DNA of 64,000 nt from Octopus bimaculoides (Eukaryota), in assembly GCF_001194135.2 (NCBI RefSeq), contig NC_068986.1:40628184-40692183 (forward strand). Direction: 5' to 3'. This document shows, piece by piece, positions 26,320-40,910 of this stretch. The first letter of the stretch is position 1. Every line of letters begins with the position of its first letter. The notes under the pieces were generated by a model. That model was not told the origin of the DNA. It saw nothing but the letters and a program-made list of their open reading frames with translations, and did no database searches. The translations under genes were made by a program, and so were the position numbers.

Positions 26320-27244
26320 GTAAGTGATATTTTCTAAAATATCAGAATTTACTAAGGAAAACAGTGTTTTCCTTATTCTGACACCAGTGACATGTTAGTC
26401 ACTGTTTTTCTATATCAGTCGATTAAATTTGTCTAATCATGCAGTTACTTATGAATACTTGCTACTGTTGATGCTTAATGAAGCAGAAATACATTTTTAG
26501 CAATTCAACCACCACTACTAGACATTTCTCATCAGCTACTGATATATTTTTGTGTTTTTTAACACTAGGTGTCTATATGAGATACTTTTTTGAAATGAAT
26601 GTTGCAATTCATAAGGCTTTCAAAAGTATATCAGCATTAAGTATGGTATGCAGTATGCTATTGTGTATCATTAGCTCTGGTAGGGTGGGTGGGGTGGCAG
26701 GTGTTGTTGTTTCATTCAGTTTTAATTGAACAGACTTATGATCAAAAGTACTCTAGCAATGATGATCCCGTCTACTATTTCAACATAGTGTATTAAAGAC
26801 AACGTTATCTAATGCACCTCTTTTTAAAGCAGTAGGGTGTGATTTTTGTGTGAAATTTTGATGTTATTTCTGGCAAGACAAGTATCCAAGTCTGGGCAAC
26901 CCTTTTCAAGAAGTAGGCCACACCACTAAAACACCTTGAGGTAATTTTTCATTGGCATGCCACTCTGAAAGCCCTGTGGATTTGAATAGTTAGAGAAAGG
27001 AGGAGAATGGTAGATGTTATCTGATGTAAATAAACATTATTTTATGTTAATTATCAAATCTAAGTGAGTGAAGAATTGCCAATAATTCTGGCAAGCTTTT
27101 CTTAGACTGGTGAAGTTGTTGGTGATTAGTTATGTTTAATGTGTAATGATATTGACACTGTCTTTAAAATTTCTTGTTATAATTAACGGTAAAGAACTGC
27201 TAATGATTCTTCAGTTTATTTGTCTGTTCTTATTGTTATCATTT

Positions 27245-27626
27245 GTGGAGGCGCAATGGCCCAGTGGTTAGGGCAGCGGACTCGCGGCCATAGGATCGCG
27301 GTTTCGATTCCCAGACCGGGTGTTGTGAGTGTTTATTGAGCGAAAACACGTAAAGTTCCACGAGGCTCCGGCAGGAGATGGTGGCGAACCCTGCTGTACT
27401 CTTTCACCACAACTTTCTCTCACTCTTACTTCCTGTTTCTGTTGTGCCTGTAATTCAAAGGGTCAGCCTTGTCACACTGTGTCACACTGAATATCCCCGA
27501 GAACTACGTTAAGGGTACACGTGTCTGTGGAGTGCTCAGCCACTTGCACGTTAATTTCACGAGCAGGCTGTTCCGTTGATATCGGATCAACTGGAACTTT
27601 CGACGTCGTAAGCGACAGAATGCCAC
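27245..27626 (+). mobile_element. tRNA-derived SINE, same family as 3425
   Basis: A box 27257-27267, B box 27301-27311, collinear with the 3425 copy. Confidence 0.85.
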
Positions 27627-27899
27627 ATCATTGTTATCATTTATTAACTCTGAAGAACTTTGTTTGAGAAGATACATGGTAGAGATAGATAGCTAAATGT
27701 TTTTGAGCAACCCTATGGTCTAGCACATTGGACACCCTATGGTTTTATATATCAGGTGGAAGTTTAAGATGTCCAGTATGTTGAACTGAGTTGAACTTCT
27801 TCCTCATTTAATCACCATTTTAGTCTTGATTCTCTTGCTAGCTGTCATAATAAAATTTACAACTTAAACATGGCATCACTATTATATTTTGCTGAAGAG

Positions 27900-28180
27900 C
27901 ATATGACTATTTGCTACACCAGCAGATCATGTGACTGCTAGCAACACCAGCAACTTACATGACTGCTAGCTATACCTGCCAGTTTTGTGACTGTTAGCTG
28001 TGCCAGCAAGTTATGTGATTTCTAGTTACATCAGCAGCTTATGTGACTGTTTGCTCTATATCAACAGATTATGTGACTTGTAGATACATCTGTTAGTTGC
28101 TACAAATGATAGTTATATGATTCCTACCTACATCAACAGATTGTGACTGTTAACTACATCAGAGGTTAATGTGACTGTTA
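27900..28180. repeat. Diverged minisatellite, about 28-bp unit, about 10 copies
   Basis: Recurring atgtgactgttagctacatcagcag variants. Confidence 0.75.
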
Positions 28181-28327
28181 TCAACGTTAATTTAATATAC
28201 TGACTATTGTTCCTTAATATCTTGAACATTTTTGGGTGTAGCTGTAGGGTTAATAATTATAAATATATAATTATAATGATATATAAGAAAATGAATTGAT
28301 TATTTTCTTTATTTTCATTTTTTCCAG

Positions 28328-28415
28328 ACTCCAACCATTTACGTACTTATGTTATTTCTGGTGTCATACTATCTGTCATTATGGGATTTATATTTATTTT
28401 AGTTATTTGGAAAAG
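28328..28415 (+). CDS. LRP4: LRP4 exon 17: transmembrane helix
   Basis: tccAG/GTaaga. DSNHLRTYVISGVILSVIMGFIFILVIWKR: about 21 hydrophobic residues followed by a basic stop-transfer signal. Confidence 0.92.
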
Positions 28416-28423
28416 GTAAGAGA

Positions 28424-28453
28424 TTATTATTATTATTATTATTATTATTATTG

Positions 28454-28488
<35 letters not shown>

Positions 28489-28494
28489 GCCATC

Positions 28495-28525
<31 letters not shown>

Positions 28526-28543
28526 TCATAATCATCATCATCA
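28424..28543. repeat. Compound (TAT)n/(CAT)n microsatellite
   Basis: Directly visible. It produces the spurious poly-Y/poly-H and poly-M ORFs. Confidence 0.95.
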
Positions 28544-29559
28544 AGGTGGCAAGCTGGCAGAGTCATTAGCATGCTGGGCGAAATGCTTAGCGCTATTTCG
28601 TCTGCCGCTATGTTCTGAGTTCAAATTCCGCCATGGCCGACTTTGCCTTTCTTCCTTTCTGAGTTGATGAAATAAGTACCAGTTGAGCACTGGGCTCAAT
28701 GTAATTGACTAGCCCCCTTTCTCCAAAATATTCAAGGCCTTGTGCCGAGAGTAGAAATAATGATGATAATAATAATTATTATTATTATTGTTGTTGTTGT
28801 TGTTGTTAGTGAGGACACCAGTGTTGCGCTCACAATTGCGAAATCATGGTTTCAATTCCTACTCCAGTTGGTGCGTTGTATTCTTGAGCAAAACACTTCA
28901 TTTCACCTTGCTCTGCAATCACTTCAACACCTGACATGTAATACACCGTGCATCTGTTCAAACAACATCGATCTGATGAAGGGGTGAGCTAATGTACAGC
29001 ACATGTATTTGATCACTATAAACAAATCATTTGTACAAGTCATTTGGCAAAAGCTGAATGTTCATATGTCATCTTCAACAGGAGAGCCCGTCATCATCAT
29101 CATCATCGTCATCATCATCATCGTCATCATCATCATCGTCATCATCATCATCATCATCATCATTATTTTTATTATTATTATTATTGCTATTATTGTTATC
29201 ATCATTATTATTATTGAAAACATTTTTTGAGAACTGATGTTATTTTGTCACTCATTTATTTCATTTTTAGCAGTTTGGCAAACTTTGACAACTTTTTAAC
29301 TTTCATTATTTTGGCATTAAAATTTTGTATCTTGCAATAATTATTGTAAAGCTATTTGATTGAGAGTGATGCCCTTATCTGCTTTGTGCTTCATCAAATA
29401 GGTTACTACTCAGACTTTGGGAAGAAATTAATTTCAACATATCCTTATTACCAACTGATAATTGTTTTAACAATGGAAACACAAATATACTTGCTGACTT
29501 GATATCAGTAATACCAAATACTTGTGCATTAAAAACCTGAAGTAGTAGTCATCATCATC

Positions 29560-30290
29560 ATCATCATCATCATCATTTAATGTCTGCTTTCCATACTGGC
29601 ATGATTGGACAGTTTGATGTGGAGCTGGCTGGCAGGGAGCTGTCCAGACTCCAGCTGTTTGTTGAGGCATGGTTTCTACGACTGGATGCCCTTCCTAATG
29701 CCAACCACTTAGGAGAGTGTGCTGGGTGCTTTTTACATGCCACCAGCATTGTTGTGTTTATGCAGCACCAGCACAGGTGCTTTTTACGTGGCACCGGCAC
29801 CTGAAAGGACAAGCATGTATGTGTGGAAAACAGCAATTTTGCTTAGCTTGATGTGTCTTATCAAGTACAGCAAATCACCAAATCTGTCCCTTGTCATTTC
29901 TTTGATGAGACCCAGCAGCCAAAGATCCTTTCTAACCACCTCGTCCCATGTCTTCCTGGATCTATCCCTTCCACAAGTACCCTCCGTGATTAGAGCTTGG
30001 CACTTCTTTATACAGCTGTTCCCATTCATATGCATTTCATGACCAAACCAGCACAGTCTTCTCTGTTGCACACAACATCTGATGTCTGTTATACCCAGTT
30101 TTCTTCTTAAATCATTTACACTCTGTTGTGCATGTGCACTGACATTACCCATCCGGTGGAGCATGCTAGTTTCATTTCTTTCAAGCCTTCACAAGTCCTC
30201 TGCAGTCAAAGCCCATGTTTCACTACCATGTAACATAGCTGTACGTACACAGATATTATACAATCTGCCTATCACTCTGTAGTAATTTAA
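29560..30290 (-). mobile_element. RTE LINE 3' fragment, same family
   Basis: LRRKLGITDIRCCVQQRRLCWFGHEMHMNGNSCIKKCQALITEGTCGRDRSRKTWDEVV, then the same 3' UTR and tail. Confidence 0.88.
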
Positions 30291-30857
30291 TATTCAAGTG
30301 GTTGATCATATTGTATATTATTTAAAGATAAATGTAACCTAATTATTGCTGATAAAGTTATGTGAACTGCTCAGTGGAAAAATAGAGGCGTTCACAGCTC
30401 TTCCTATAACATCTACCGGACACCAAAATATTAATATATATTACTATTGTATAGATAAGATCAAATCAAATATGAACTAAGTAGCTCAAAAGCTTATAAA
30501 TATAAGCAGAATAGTTACTACACTGTGAATCTAAGAGTAACTTTATTACAGAAAGAATTTGTTTCTGTAAGAATCAACCCCAAACTATAAAACCAAATTA
30601 ACTGAGATTTTTCATGTCTTTTTTCATGGAGAACAGGAGGTATTTATGTCTCTGATATAGATGCTTTATGATTCCATGCAATATTCATTACATTGAGATC
30701 AGTTTAGCAAAGTTCCTTGTTAAAGAAAGCCATAATATTGATTTTATAATCACCTGAAACAGATATGCCTTTTAAAAAAATTCATTTCTTTTCAGTTAAG
30801 ACTGCTTATTCATTACCCCTTGGTTCAAGTGTATGTTTACAAAGTTAATTAATGTAG

Positions 30858-30914
<57 letters not shown>

Positions 30915-32304
30915 CATAAGGTCTGGAGGTGGCAACATCTGTATTCTATGTTGGCATGTGTTTGATTCTACAGAATCAAACTAGCTAAAAGGCTGCATTG
31001 GTCTCCAGTGTCTGCTTTGACAAAGTTTTTATAGTCAGATGCCCTTCCTAATGCCAACCACTTCACAGATTGTACTGGGTGTCACTAGCACCAGTGAGGT
31101 CAATAAATAGCTCTCAAGACATTCTGTTAGAGTTGGGGTGCACAGTTGAGGTAGTTGGCTTTGTACCATGTGTTGAAAATCTGGTGTATGATAGGAGACA
31201 GAAACAGGTGTTTGGGTGCAGTGGGGATACTTGGCTACCCCAGCAGAAAAAGATGAAAAGATGGCGGAGGTGAGGGTTTAGAATGTACCCTCAGTGTGCA
31301 AGATGGGTAAAGAGAGAATGTAAAAATAAAGGCCCCATGAATGACCATGGGATCACACCAAAAAAGTTCCTCTCCGAGGCACAACCTTCTGGGCAAGGTT
31401 GTTTATGGAAGTTGTCCATGCATACCAGCTTCCCCTCTCTATGCCACTGATGTCATCCAAAGGAAAGGCAAAGGCTGATACAGCTTGACACCAGTGACAT
31501 TGCAAATCATTTCTGCAGATGAGTAAACTGGAGCAACACAAACTCAAGTGTCTTGCTCAACACACAATTTGATCCAGGAATCAAACTCACTACCTCATGA
31601 ATTGTGAGCCTGATGCTCAAACCACTGAGCCATGCACCTTTACTAAAGAGAGAATAGGGACAGAGAATCGAAGATGGCTGGGTGGATAGGTAGGTTCATG
31701 AGGGTGTGAAAGGAGAGTGACAGATGGTAGAGATGAGGATAGAAGTGAATATAGTGAAGGATGAACATGAAAGGAGACAGGGTATGGACAATAATGAGTC
31801 TCAATATGGAGGAATGTGAGGAAAATAGGCGTGGGAAAGGAGGAGGATGTGATTTGTTGTAAAAATGGTTGGTAGAGAACAGCATAATAAAACCATAGGT
31901 AAATGAGAAATAAGGAGATGAGCTGAAGAGGAATGGGGAGAGAAGCTACATAGAGACAGAGATCAGAGGCACACAGGGGTGGATATAGTAGGTTGCTGTA
32001 AAGAAGGTGTGGGGGTTAGTGACTGGCTTGAGCGGGTGTTCATAGTGAAGGAACATTCAGGGGAAATATAATGGCAAGGGTTGATGCTGAGAGTGCAAGA
32101 TATTTAACAGGTGAAGTTGTTTCAAGGGGTGGGATTACTGGAAGCATGGAACGTAGGGTGGGATATGTGCAGCTGTACTCTCATACAACCACAGTAACTG
32201 AGGAAATGGTGTTATTGTGAGAGGGGTGAAGGAGGGATGTATTTGTGTACATACACACACACACTCATACATATGCATATAATTTGATTCTGTCTTTTTT
32301 ACAG

Positions 32305-32449
32305 GCAAAAGCGCCGCTCTGCACCAGAATTTATTACACTTACCTTCACAAACCCTTCTTATCAAAGAACAAGTACAGAGACCATTGATACAGACCGCCA
32401 GTCTCGGAATAGTAATTCCTGGAGACTGTTTCGGTTTGATAGAGCAGAG
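32305..32449 (+). CDS. LRP4: LRP4 exon 18: cytoplasmic tail with NPSY motif
   Basis: tacAG/GTaagt. RQKRRSAPEFITLTFTNPSYQRTSTETIDTDRQSRNSNSWRLFRFDRAE; human has LTYSNPSYRTSTQE. Confidence 0.93.
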
Positions 32450-32666
32450 GTAAGTACATTTCTTTTAGTTGTAACTTGCAGACAAAGAGGAGTCAAAAGG
32501 CACAAGGTGTGACTGTGTGGTAAGAATTTTGCTTCCCAACCACATGATTTTGGGTTCAGTCTCACTGCAAGGCACCTTGGGCAAATGTTTTCTACCATAA
32601 CTTCATGCTGACCAAAGCCTTGTAAGTGGATTTCGTAGACAGAAACTGAAAGAAGACCATTGTGTG

Positions 32667-32737
<71 letters not shown>

Positions 32738-33097
32738 CTTTGTGCTGGTGTTGGTTTGTTTACATCCCTTTAACTTAGCAGATCAGCGAAAAGAGTACCA
32801 GGCATAAAGTTAAAAGATGTATGTATGAGGTAGGTTTTTACTACAATAGAGCATCAACCTTTTTTAAAGTCCTACTTAATTCTCTGCTTAAAACACTTCA
32901 GAAAGCACCGCTTAGCACCAACCTTTAAATTCATAAAAAGGAACTTGTGATTCAGTAAAGGACAAGTTTTTAATGGAAAATTGCTGAGTTTGCTAACTTT
33001 TTGTTCTTTTTTGTAAATCACAAGAAATGTGTATGTTTTGTATTTATCTCTTGTTTCCATAGTATCAAACAAATAAGGGACAACTCTTCTTCTAGAT

Positions 33098-33182
33098 CAG
33101 TGGTTCCCAACCTGTGATCTGCGGACCCCTGGTGGTCCACAAAGTTAGTAGTTGGGGGTCTGTGAACTAAATTAAAAATTTC

Positions 33183-33213
<31 letters not shown>

Positions 33214-33296
33214 AGGATAAGCATATTAAAAGGAGTTCGTGGGAAAACTCATTGAAATAAAAGGGGTCCTTGGTAGTGAAAAGATTGGGGACCACT
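33098..33296. mobile_element. hAT/Charlie-type MITE
   Basis: CAGTGGTTCCCAACC...TTGGGACCACTG termini. Flanks ttctagat/ctctaaac resemble a degenerate NTCTAGAN 8-bp TSD. Confidence 0.8.
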
Positions 33297-34956
33297 GCTC
33301 TAAACTTGAAATCTTCTTTAAGATCATTATGGGACTAATTACCAAACTAACAATGAATGAATTCATATCAAGAAATATCCAGTAACTGACTATTTGTCAT
33401 ATATAAGATGATATTGGTTTCAAATTTTGGCACAAAGCCAGCAGTTTGGGGTGGGGTGTGGGAAGTAAGTTGATTACATTACTCCAATGTTCAACTGGTA
33501 CTTATTTTATCGACCCCTGAAAGGATGAAAGGTAAAGTTAACCTCAGCGGAATTTGAACTCAGAACATAAAGACAGACGAAATCCCACTAACCATTTTGT
33601 TTGGCATACTAATGATTCTGCCATCTCACCGCCTTATATATACAAGATAATATTAATTTTTGAAACTAGCTATTGGCCACAAATTTTAGAGGAGATCACA
33701 GTCAATGAAAAGAACTCCTAGTACTTGCTGTTATTAGAATATGTCTAAAATATTCCATTTGTGATTTGGTACTAAATATAACTGATACTAAGGATGTTTT
33801 TTAGTGCGAGAAAAGTATATTTTCTGACTGTATTTATTTTTACATTTATTCTGTGTGTCCAATTTACTTTTCCCTCTGAGTTAAAACAGTAATCTCTTTA
33901 GATGGTGGGTAGCTGGAATCTTTTAGTTTTAAGATTTAAATACAAAATCTCTGGATGATTGACAGCAATCATAAAATATCATGCTCTCATTGAATCTTAG
34001 TTTTTGGTTGGAACAGAAGAAAGATCCAATAATGTTTTTTTATTTGTTTTATTGGATTCATCCATCGGATTATGTCATGTTGGAGAATAACTTTCTTAGA
34101 ATTGCCTGGTGGCCTCAAGGAAACTGTTGCTATTCTTTGTATGCTGTAGCTTGCTGACAGTAAATAAATACAACAGACCACAGTGCATTGCTTTACCCAG
34201 CAGTCTATGATGCTGTAAAGACAGTCCAGGTTCCCGGGTAAAATAGATCAAATTGGGTAGGTGAAAAGTACAGTGAACCTGGGTGGCACAGGATAGTTTA
34301 TTTGGTACTCATTTACAACCTCTAGTATAAGCTCCACAATTATATAGCTGAGTGGTTAAGAAGCTCACTTCATAAACCAAATGGTTTTTGGTTTGATCCT
34401 ATCGCACAACACCTAAAGTCTTCTACAGCCTTGAGTCAAGTAGTCCTGTGAATAAAATTTATTTGATAGAAACTATGGAGGATTGCTGGATGAACCATTT
34501 TTTTTTTAGGGTAGTGGATTTAATCCATTATGCTGTTTAACACCACCACTTGATGCTTGTGTACCCCTAGTAAAGCCTATGCTTTTTTTTCAAGAATTAG
34601 GTTCAGCTGTTTCTCATCTGAGAATAACTTACCCCACTTCCTCTTTGGACTTGAATCTACAATCTGCTTCAAGTCTACAGGCTCATTAGGCCAGAACTTG
34701 TTTGGATTTTTAAATCATTTATGATGAAAGTACAAGAATCCCTCTTGTACAGGGCACTGGTACTAATTTCCTACTGAGTACTGGTGCAGTGTGAAATTAA
34801 ATGCTTTGTTCAAGGACACAGCATACCATCTGATCTGAGAATTGAACCCACACTCTTCTCTGATTAACTATTAAGAAGAGTGAAAATGAAAGTAGAAATG
34901 ACATTTTACCAAGTGCAGCAAAATAACTTTATATCTGTTTATATTTACTTTTTCAG

Positions 34957-35154
34957 GAGCAATTGCTGATGTTACCACAGACTGAAGAAAAATTGAATAA
35001 CTTGGATCAAATCCCCTGTGATCATTCGGACATAACAGATAACAATACAGCTCCATCAGTTGGGAAAGCTGAGAAGCAGTGTCAAAAAGTTTTATTGACT
35101 TTACCCAAAAAGATAACTAACACAGCGAAGACAAATAATATTGATTTTAGCTGA
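34957..35154 (+). CDS. LRP4: LRP4 exon 19: probable terminal coding exon
   Basis: tttttcAG acceptor, phase 0. EQLLMLPQTEEKLNN...KTNNIDFS then TGA. The 19 exons total 2712 nt, a multiple of 3 with no internal stop. Homology is weak here, so this is the least certain exon. Confidence 0.8.
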   Translation, partial: EQLLMLPQTEEKLNNLDQIPCDHSDITDNNTAPSVGKAEKQCQKVLLTLPKKITNTAKTNNIDFS

Positions 35155-35549
35155 TGCTGAATACAAGCATGTAAATTTTTTTAATCAAATTAACATCTTC
35201 CTTTTGACAAGGAAAGAAGTTACGGCATGGCATCTATATATAAAAATGTATGTGAGAGAGTCCATGTGTGTTTGAATGAAAAGAGTTGAGTCAAGAGTAA
35301 ATTTTCTTCAGAAGACTCTAACTTTTTATATGTACAGCGAGTGCAGTATGGAATAAGGAACAGAAGCAGAAATGTTTCATCATAATTTGAAAAATGGACT
35401 GAAGATTGTTAGTAATCAGGTGACTTCCAGGGTTTTGTTGTTTCTTTCAAATTCTTGTACCATTCAATTCAGATATTATTTTAAATTTGTTATTATTTCT
35501 TAAAACTTTTGACTTTGGTGCTAAAATTACATCTGTCATTCTCATTTTG

Positions 35550-35585
<36 letters not shown>

Positions 35586-35736
35586 ATATATGTATGTATG
35601 TATGTANNNNNNNNNNATTACATCCATCATTCTCATTGGTATATGTGTGTGTGTGTGTGTATATATGTGTGTATACATATATATGTATGTATGCATGTAT
35701 ATGTGTGTGTATGTACGTATGTGTATCTGTGTGTGT

Positions 35737-35807
<71 letters not shown>

Positions 35808-37947
35808 CTCTATACATCAACTTTTCGGCACCATTTAGAAAAGTTTTAAGATATCTTTCTTTTTTTTTATTAATCATATCTAAATACATTTCTCTTGTTG
35901 ATATTTTTATTTTTTTTTATTTGATTATTGAAGTTTCAAACAAAACACATTATCAATTGTAATTTTGTTCATTTCTTGATTATATTTTTTTTTATGTATT
36001 TATTTTAGTTAGTGCTGTTCTATTATGTCTTTATGTCTCTGAAAAATACCAATGGCTGCCAACAACCCCTGCTTGTCTCTCTCACTCTTTCTCACTCACT
36101 TTCTCTCTCTCTCTCTCTCTTTTCCTCTCTTCCTTGTGGTACAAACTGCTCAATAGCCATTGTTAAATATCAGTTTAAATCTAATTTACTGAATAATTCC
36201 TTTCATCTTACCTTATAATTATTATTATTATTTCACAACCGACTTGGTAACTAACAAAAAAAAGGTAACAACTAGCTATTATCGATATAACATCCGAACA
36301 ACCCATGCCTAAGCATGTAGGGGAGGGGGAAAGAAATGGGTGTTAAACTGATGACAAATGATGATGATGATGGTGTTTTATTGGGCTTATCTGTGTGATA
36401 TGATTATTGTTAACGAAGATGCATAGTAAAAGGAATAAGACTGAAATGAAAGGTAGTATATGGGGGGGTGGGAATGAAATCAGAATGTTTTAACATTGTT
36501 CGAATTTTGAGACTGCATTGGCCAAAAGATGGAACAAGAATGAATTCAAATATATTCAGGTCTTTATATAAATGCAAGGAATTGTATCAGGCAGTTTGTA
36601 TCATCATGTAGTTCTTATTAAGGTCCTTTTAAGGTCTTCATCAATCAGTCAATCGATCACTCTCTCAATTGCATATCAATATTTCATGACAGTTCTTCAT
36701 TCATGCATCAACTCATTTATGCATTCATTCTTTTATATTTTTTTTCCCCTTCATTTTCTTCGAACATCTTTTTTTTTTAAATGAATTTTAATTTTTAGTT
36801 GTAGTTTATTAAGTTTCAGGATAAAGAAGTAATTGATTTTATTAAAAACAAAACTTAGGGAATTATTATTATTATTATTATTATTTCTTTGATCTATTTA
36901 GGGTAGGTATACCTCCCTACTCTACAAAAACTTTTCTAACTTTGAAATAGATTTGTGGTTATAANNNNNNNNNNNNNNNNNNNNNNNNNNNNNNNNNNNN
37001 NNNNNNNNNNNNNNNNNNNNNNNNNNNNNNNNNNNNNNNNNNNNNNNNNNNNNNNNNNNNNNNNNNNNNNNNNNNNNNNNNNNNNNNNNNNNNNNNNNNN
37101 NNNNNNNNNNNNNNNNNNNNNNNNNNNNNNNNNNNNNNNNNNNNNNNNNNNNNNNNNNNNNNNNNNNNNNNNNNNNNNNNNNNNNNNNNNNNNNNNNNNN
37201 NNNNNNNNNNNNNNNNNNNNNNNNNNNNNNNNNNNNNNNNNNNNNNNNNNNNNNNNNNNNNNNNNNNNNNNNNNNNNNNNNNNACTAATTAGAAGGAAAT
37301 ATTGATATGAAATTTATATGATGCAAAATTGTGATTACTCACAGTTTGTTTTGTTTTGTTTTTTTTACATATATATATTTCAACTAAAAATGTGGACTTC
37401 CGGGTTAACACTTTTGACTGGATTTATGGCAGAAAACATTAGTTTTGTTTTTTCCTGTTAAAAAAAAAACCCTCTTATTAAATATTACACTTTTTCTTCT
37501 CATCTTTTACCAGTTCCATAATGTTAATTCTTTACAGCAAATTCTAATATGATAAAAAAAATAACAGCAAACAACTCCCTCTCCCTCTCTCTCTCTCGTT
37601 CTCTCTTTCTCTTCTTATTCTGAGCTCATTGTAGTTGGAAGACCCACAGAAATATGCTGCTGAATTTATTATCTTTAGGTATTATTATATCTAAGGGATA
37701 AGAATAAGCCAGCCCCACCGAATGTTAACATTCTTTTATGATAGGGTTTCTCCCTGTTGTAAGAACACCCACATTTTCTGTTCAACTTTGTAACCAAGGG
37801 AATAGATACATAACTAACTTTTAACCACAGACATCATTATTATAAGGGATTGCTATACAGCTCCCTTGAATTTAAAAAAAAATTAAATAAATAAATGAAA
37901 AATAAAAATGTAAGGATGTTTATTATTATTACTATTATTATTATCAC

Positions 37948-38005
<58 letters not shown>

Positions 38006-38879
38006 TGGTTAATGAATCATTTAAACATAGAAATTGAAATTTGACACATGAATAGAGATTTAAATATTAAAAGAAAATATTAAACGTTTTTATCAGTTGG
38101 AACTTAAGTCTTTGTTTTATTTCATTTCATTAAAAAAAGTTTTTTCATTAAATTTCAATTTCAGTTTTTAAATTGCATTTAATTTTATGTCCTGCCTTAA
38201 GTTTTGAGTTTCAGCAATTTCTCAATTGTATCAATATGATTTTTTCAAGTGAATTAAGACTGAAAGAAAAAAAGGAGAACAAAAACTGAAGTAAAATATC
38301 CATCACTGAGTTTAGCTCCTGTTCTAATGACAAATAAAAAAGAATGTTTCAAAACAAATATCTCTCAACTCAATTTTACTAAATACAAGACTAAATTTCA
38401 AATGGAAGTGTGATTCAGCATATTACTGGTATTTATTTTATCACTTCTACAAGAATGGACAGCAAAAGCAGATCTAAACGGATTTTTAGCTCAATACTTG
38501 TAAGTAAAGTTGGTTTGAGCAGGTTTTGAACTTACAACTAAATACTGAAATACATTTAACCCAACACTCTATCATTTCTACCAAATCACTGAGCATGACA
38601 AACAGCAAATAATGAGTCAGACTTTAAAAAAAAAGAAAAGGAAAAAGAATACCTTTAAAAGAACCATGAACATTTATTTGAAAATTAATTACTCCACATG
38701 TTAAAGGATTAAGTTGAAAGTATGTATGTTTTGAAATGTTCAGCCTGTTATTATTCGTTTTGTTGAATTAATAACGCACTTATGAGATATGTTGTCAAAT
38801 AAACAAAGATGTGTTAATTGAAATGATGTGTGTAGTGTTATAAGGGTCTATGACTCTAAACCATGTATGAGTGTGTGTG

Positions 38880-38931
<52 letters not shown>

Positions 38932-39594
38932 TGCAAATACATGTTGTTTATATATATTGTTATGGGTATTTTGTTTTGGGAGTAGAACATTTGATATAAA
39001 TCTATCAGTTGTATATGTATGTGTAAAATTTAAAGAAAAAGTGTGAGATTGTTTGTAACTGCTACTCTGGAAAAATTATGTGTGTGTGTGTGTATATTAG
39101 CTTTAAGCTGAAGATTTACTCCTTCGCTACTCAAACTTTTTTACCATGTATGATTTTCTTCAGGCAAGAAGACACACGGTGAAAGATTTTTGAAAAGCAA
39201 GAAAGGGAATCAGCAGCTTTAAACAAATAAAGCAAAAGCTCTATTACATGTATTGAGTACTCTTATTTGCGACTCTGTACATGCACTCGCACATTTATGC
39301 ATGTGTGTGCATGTGTATGTTTGCAAGTATTATTATGTACACGGTTATTCTACAAACGAAATAAATGATTGATATATTTATTACAGTTCCAGATTGCATC
39401 ATTCCATTACTCAGAGAGTTTTGTGTCCATGGACAGTCCTCAGACAGAGTTGGCTAAGTTGGCAGAATACCTATCTAGTTTGTTTCACCAGCACTCATCT
39501 AATATATATATATGTATATGTGTGTGTATGTGTATGTATATACATCTGTGTATGTGTATGTATATATATGTATATATATGTATGTATGTATGTA

Positions 39595-39657
<63 letters not shown>

Positions 39658-40910
39658 NNNNNNNNNNNNNNNNNNNNNNNNNNNNNNNNNATATATACAT
39701 GTATATATATATATACATGTATATATATGCATATATGTGTGCATGCATACATACATACATGTACACATATTAGAGAGAGAGAGTCTGATGATTGGGAAGC
39801 TTGAATAACTAGATATGAGATGCCAGCTGTCAGCATAAAAAATGCTCACCTCATGACATTGAGTACTGTCCTGAACTTCTCACTTGTATCTACATACACT
39901 ACACACACACACACACACACACGCATCATCATCATTGTTTAAATGTCCACTTTGCCATGCTTGCCAAGGTTGGATGGAGTTTTTTGTGATAGATTTTCTA
40001 TGTCTGAATGCCCTTTTTATCACCAACTCTTATCTATTTCCAAGCAAGATAAATATATCCCCATGGCCAGACATGCTGCTTCAGAAATTTGAAAATGAAT
40101 GACATTCATTTACAACAGTCATGTAATGAGTAGAAAAAAGATGACCACATAGGAGGGAACAAATTTTAGTAAATATTATATTAGTCTAATGCTTAAAAGG
40201 ATGAGAAAGAGTTTTGACATTTTGGGCAGTAGACCTCTATCAGAAAAAAGTAATGAATAAGATAAGGTGGTGGGAAAAATAAAAAGAATGAGAAAAGGTA
40301 CTGGGTGAGGAAGCTTATGGTAAGTGGTAATGTGACTCTATAAAAGGAACATTGTTGTTATAAAGCACAGACATGGTTGTGTAATGAAGAAGCTCACTCT
40401 TCAATTGCATGGTCTCAGGTTCAGTCCCAGTGCAGGGCACCTTGGATATGTGTCTTCAGCTCAGGCTTCTGAGTGGATTTGGTATATACAAACTGAATGA
40501 TATCCATTATGTGTGTGTATGCACGCATGTGTGTGTTTGCATCTCTTTGTCTTGGTATCGTGTGATTGTTGTTTATGAACACACTTGTCATCCATGTGGT
40601 CCTGTTTGTTTCCAATATATCATGGAAACTTGTTTAACCATGGATAAATATTATTTTGCTAGGAAACAGATGAAGGTTGTTTACAGGAAAGTTGTCTGAC
40701 CATTGAAAATCTCCCTCAATGAATTCTGTCTGACCCATGCAAGCATAAAGAAGTGGATGTTAAAATGATTATATGCTTGTGTGTGTGTGTATGGACATGC
40801 ATATATCTTACATTTGTTTCATCCTTTGCATTCAGTCTGTTTTTTATTGGTACATAGTGAAACAGTGTATAGAATTTGAGTGTGCCTGTATTTTACATTC
40901 ATATACACAC

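Noticed and set aside
28296-28667. Poly-Tyr/poly-His and poly-Met ORFs
   Set aside because: Translation of (TAT)n/(CAT)n microsatellites. The real TM exon is in another frame.
35155-38400. LRP4 polyadenylation site
   Set aside because: Many AATAAA-like hexamers occur in the AT-rich sequence and none can be singled out.
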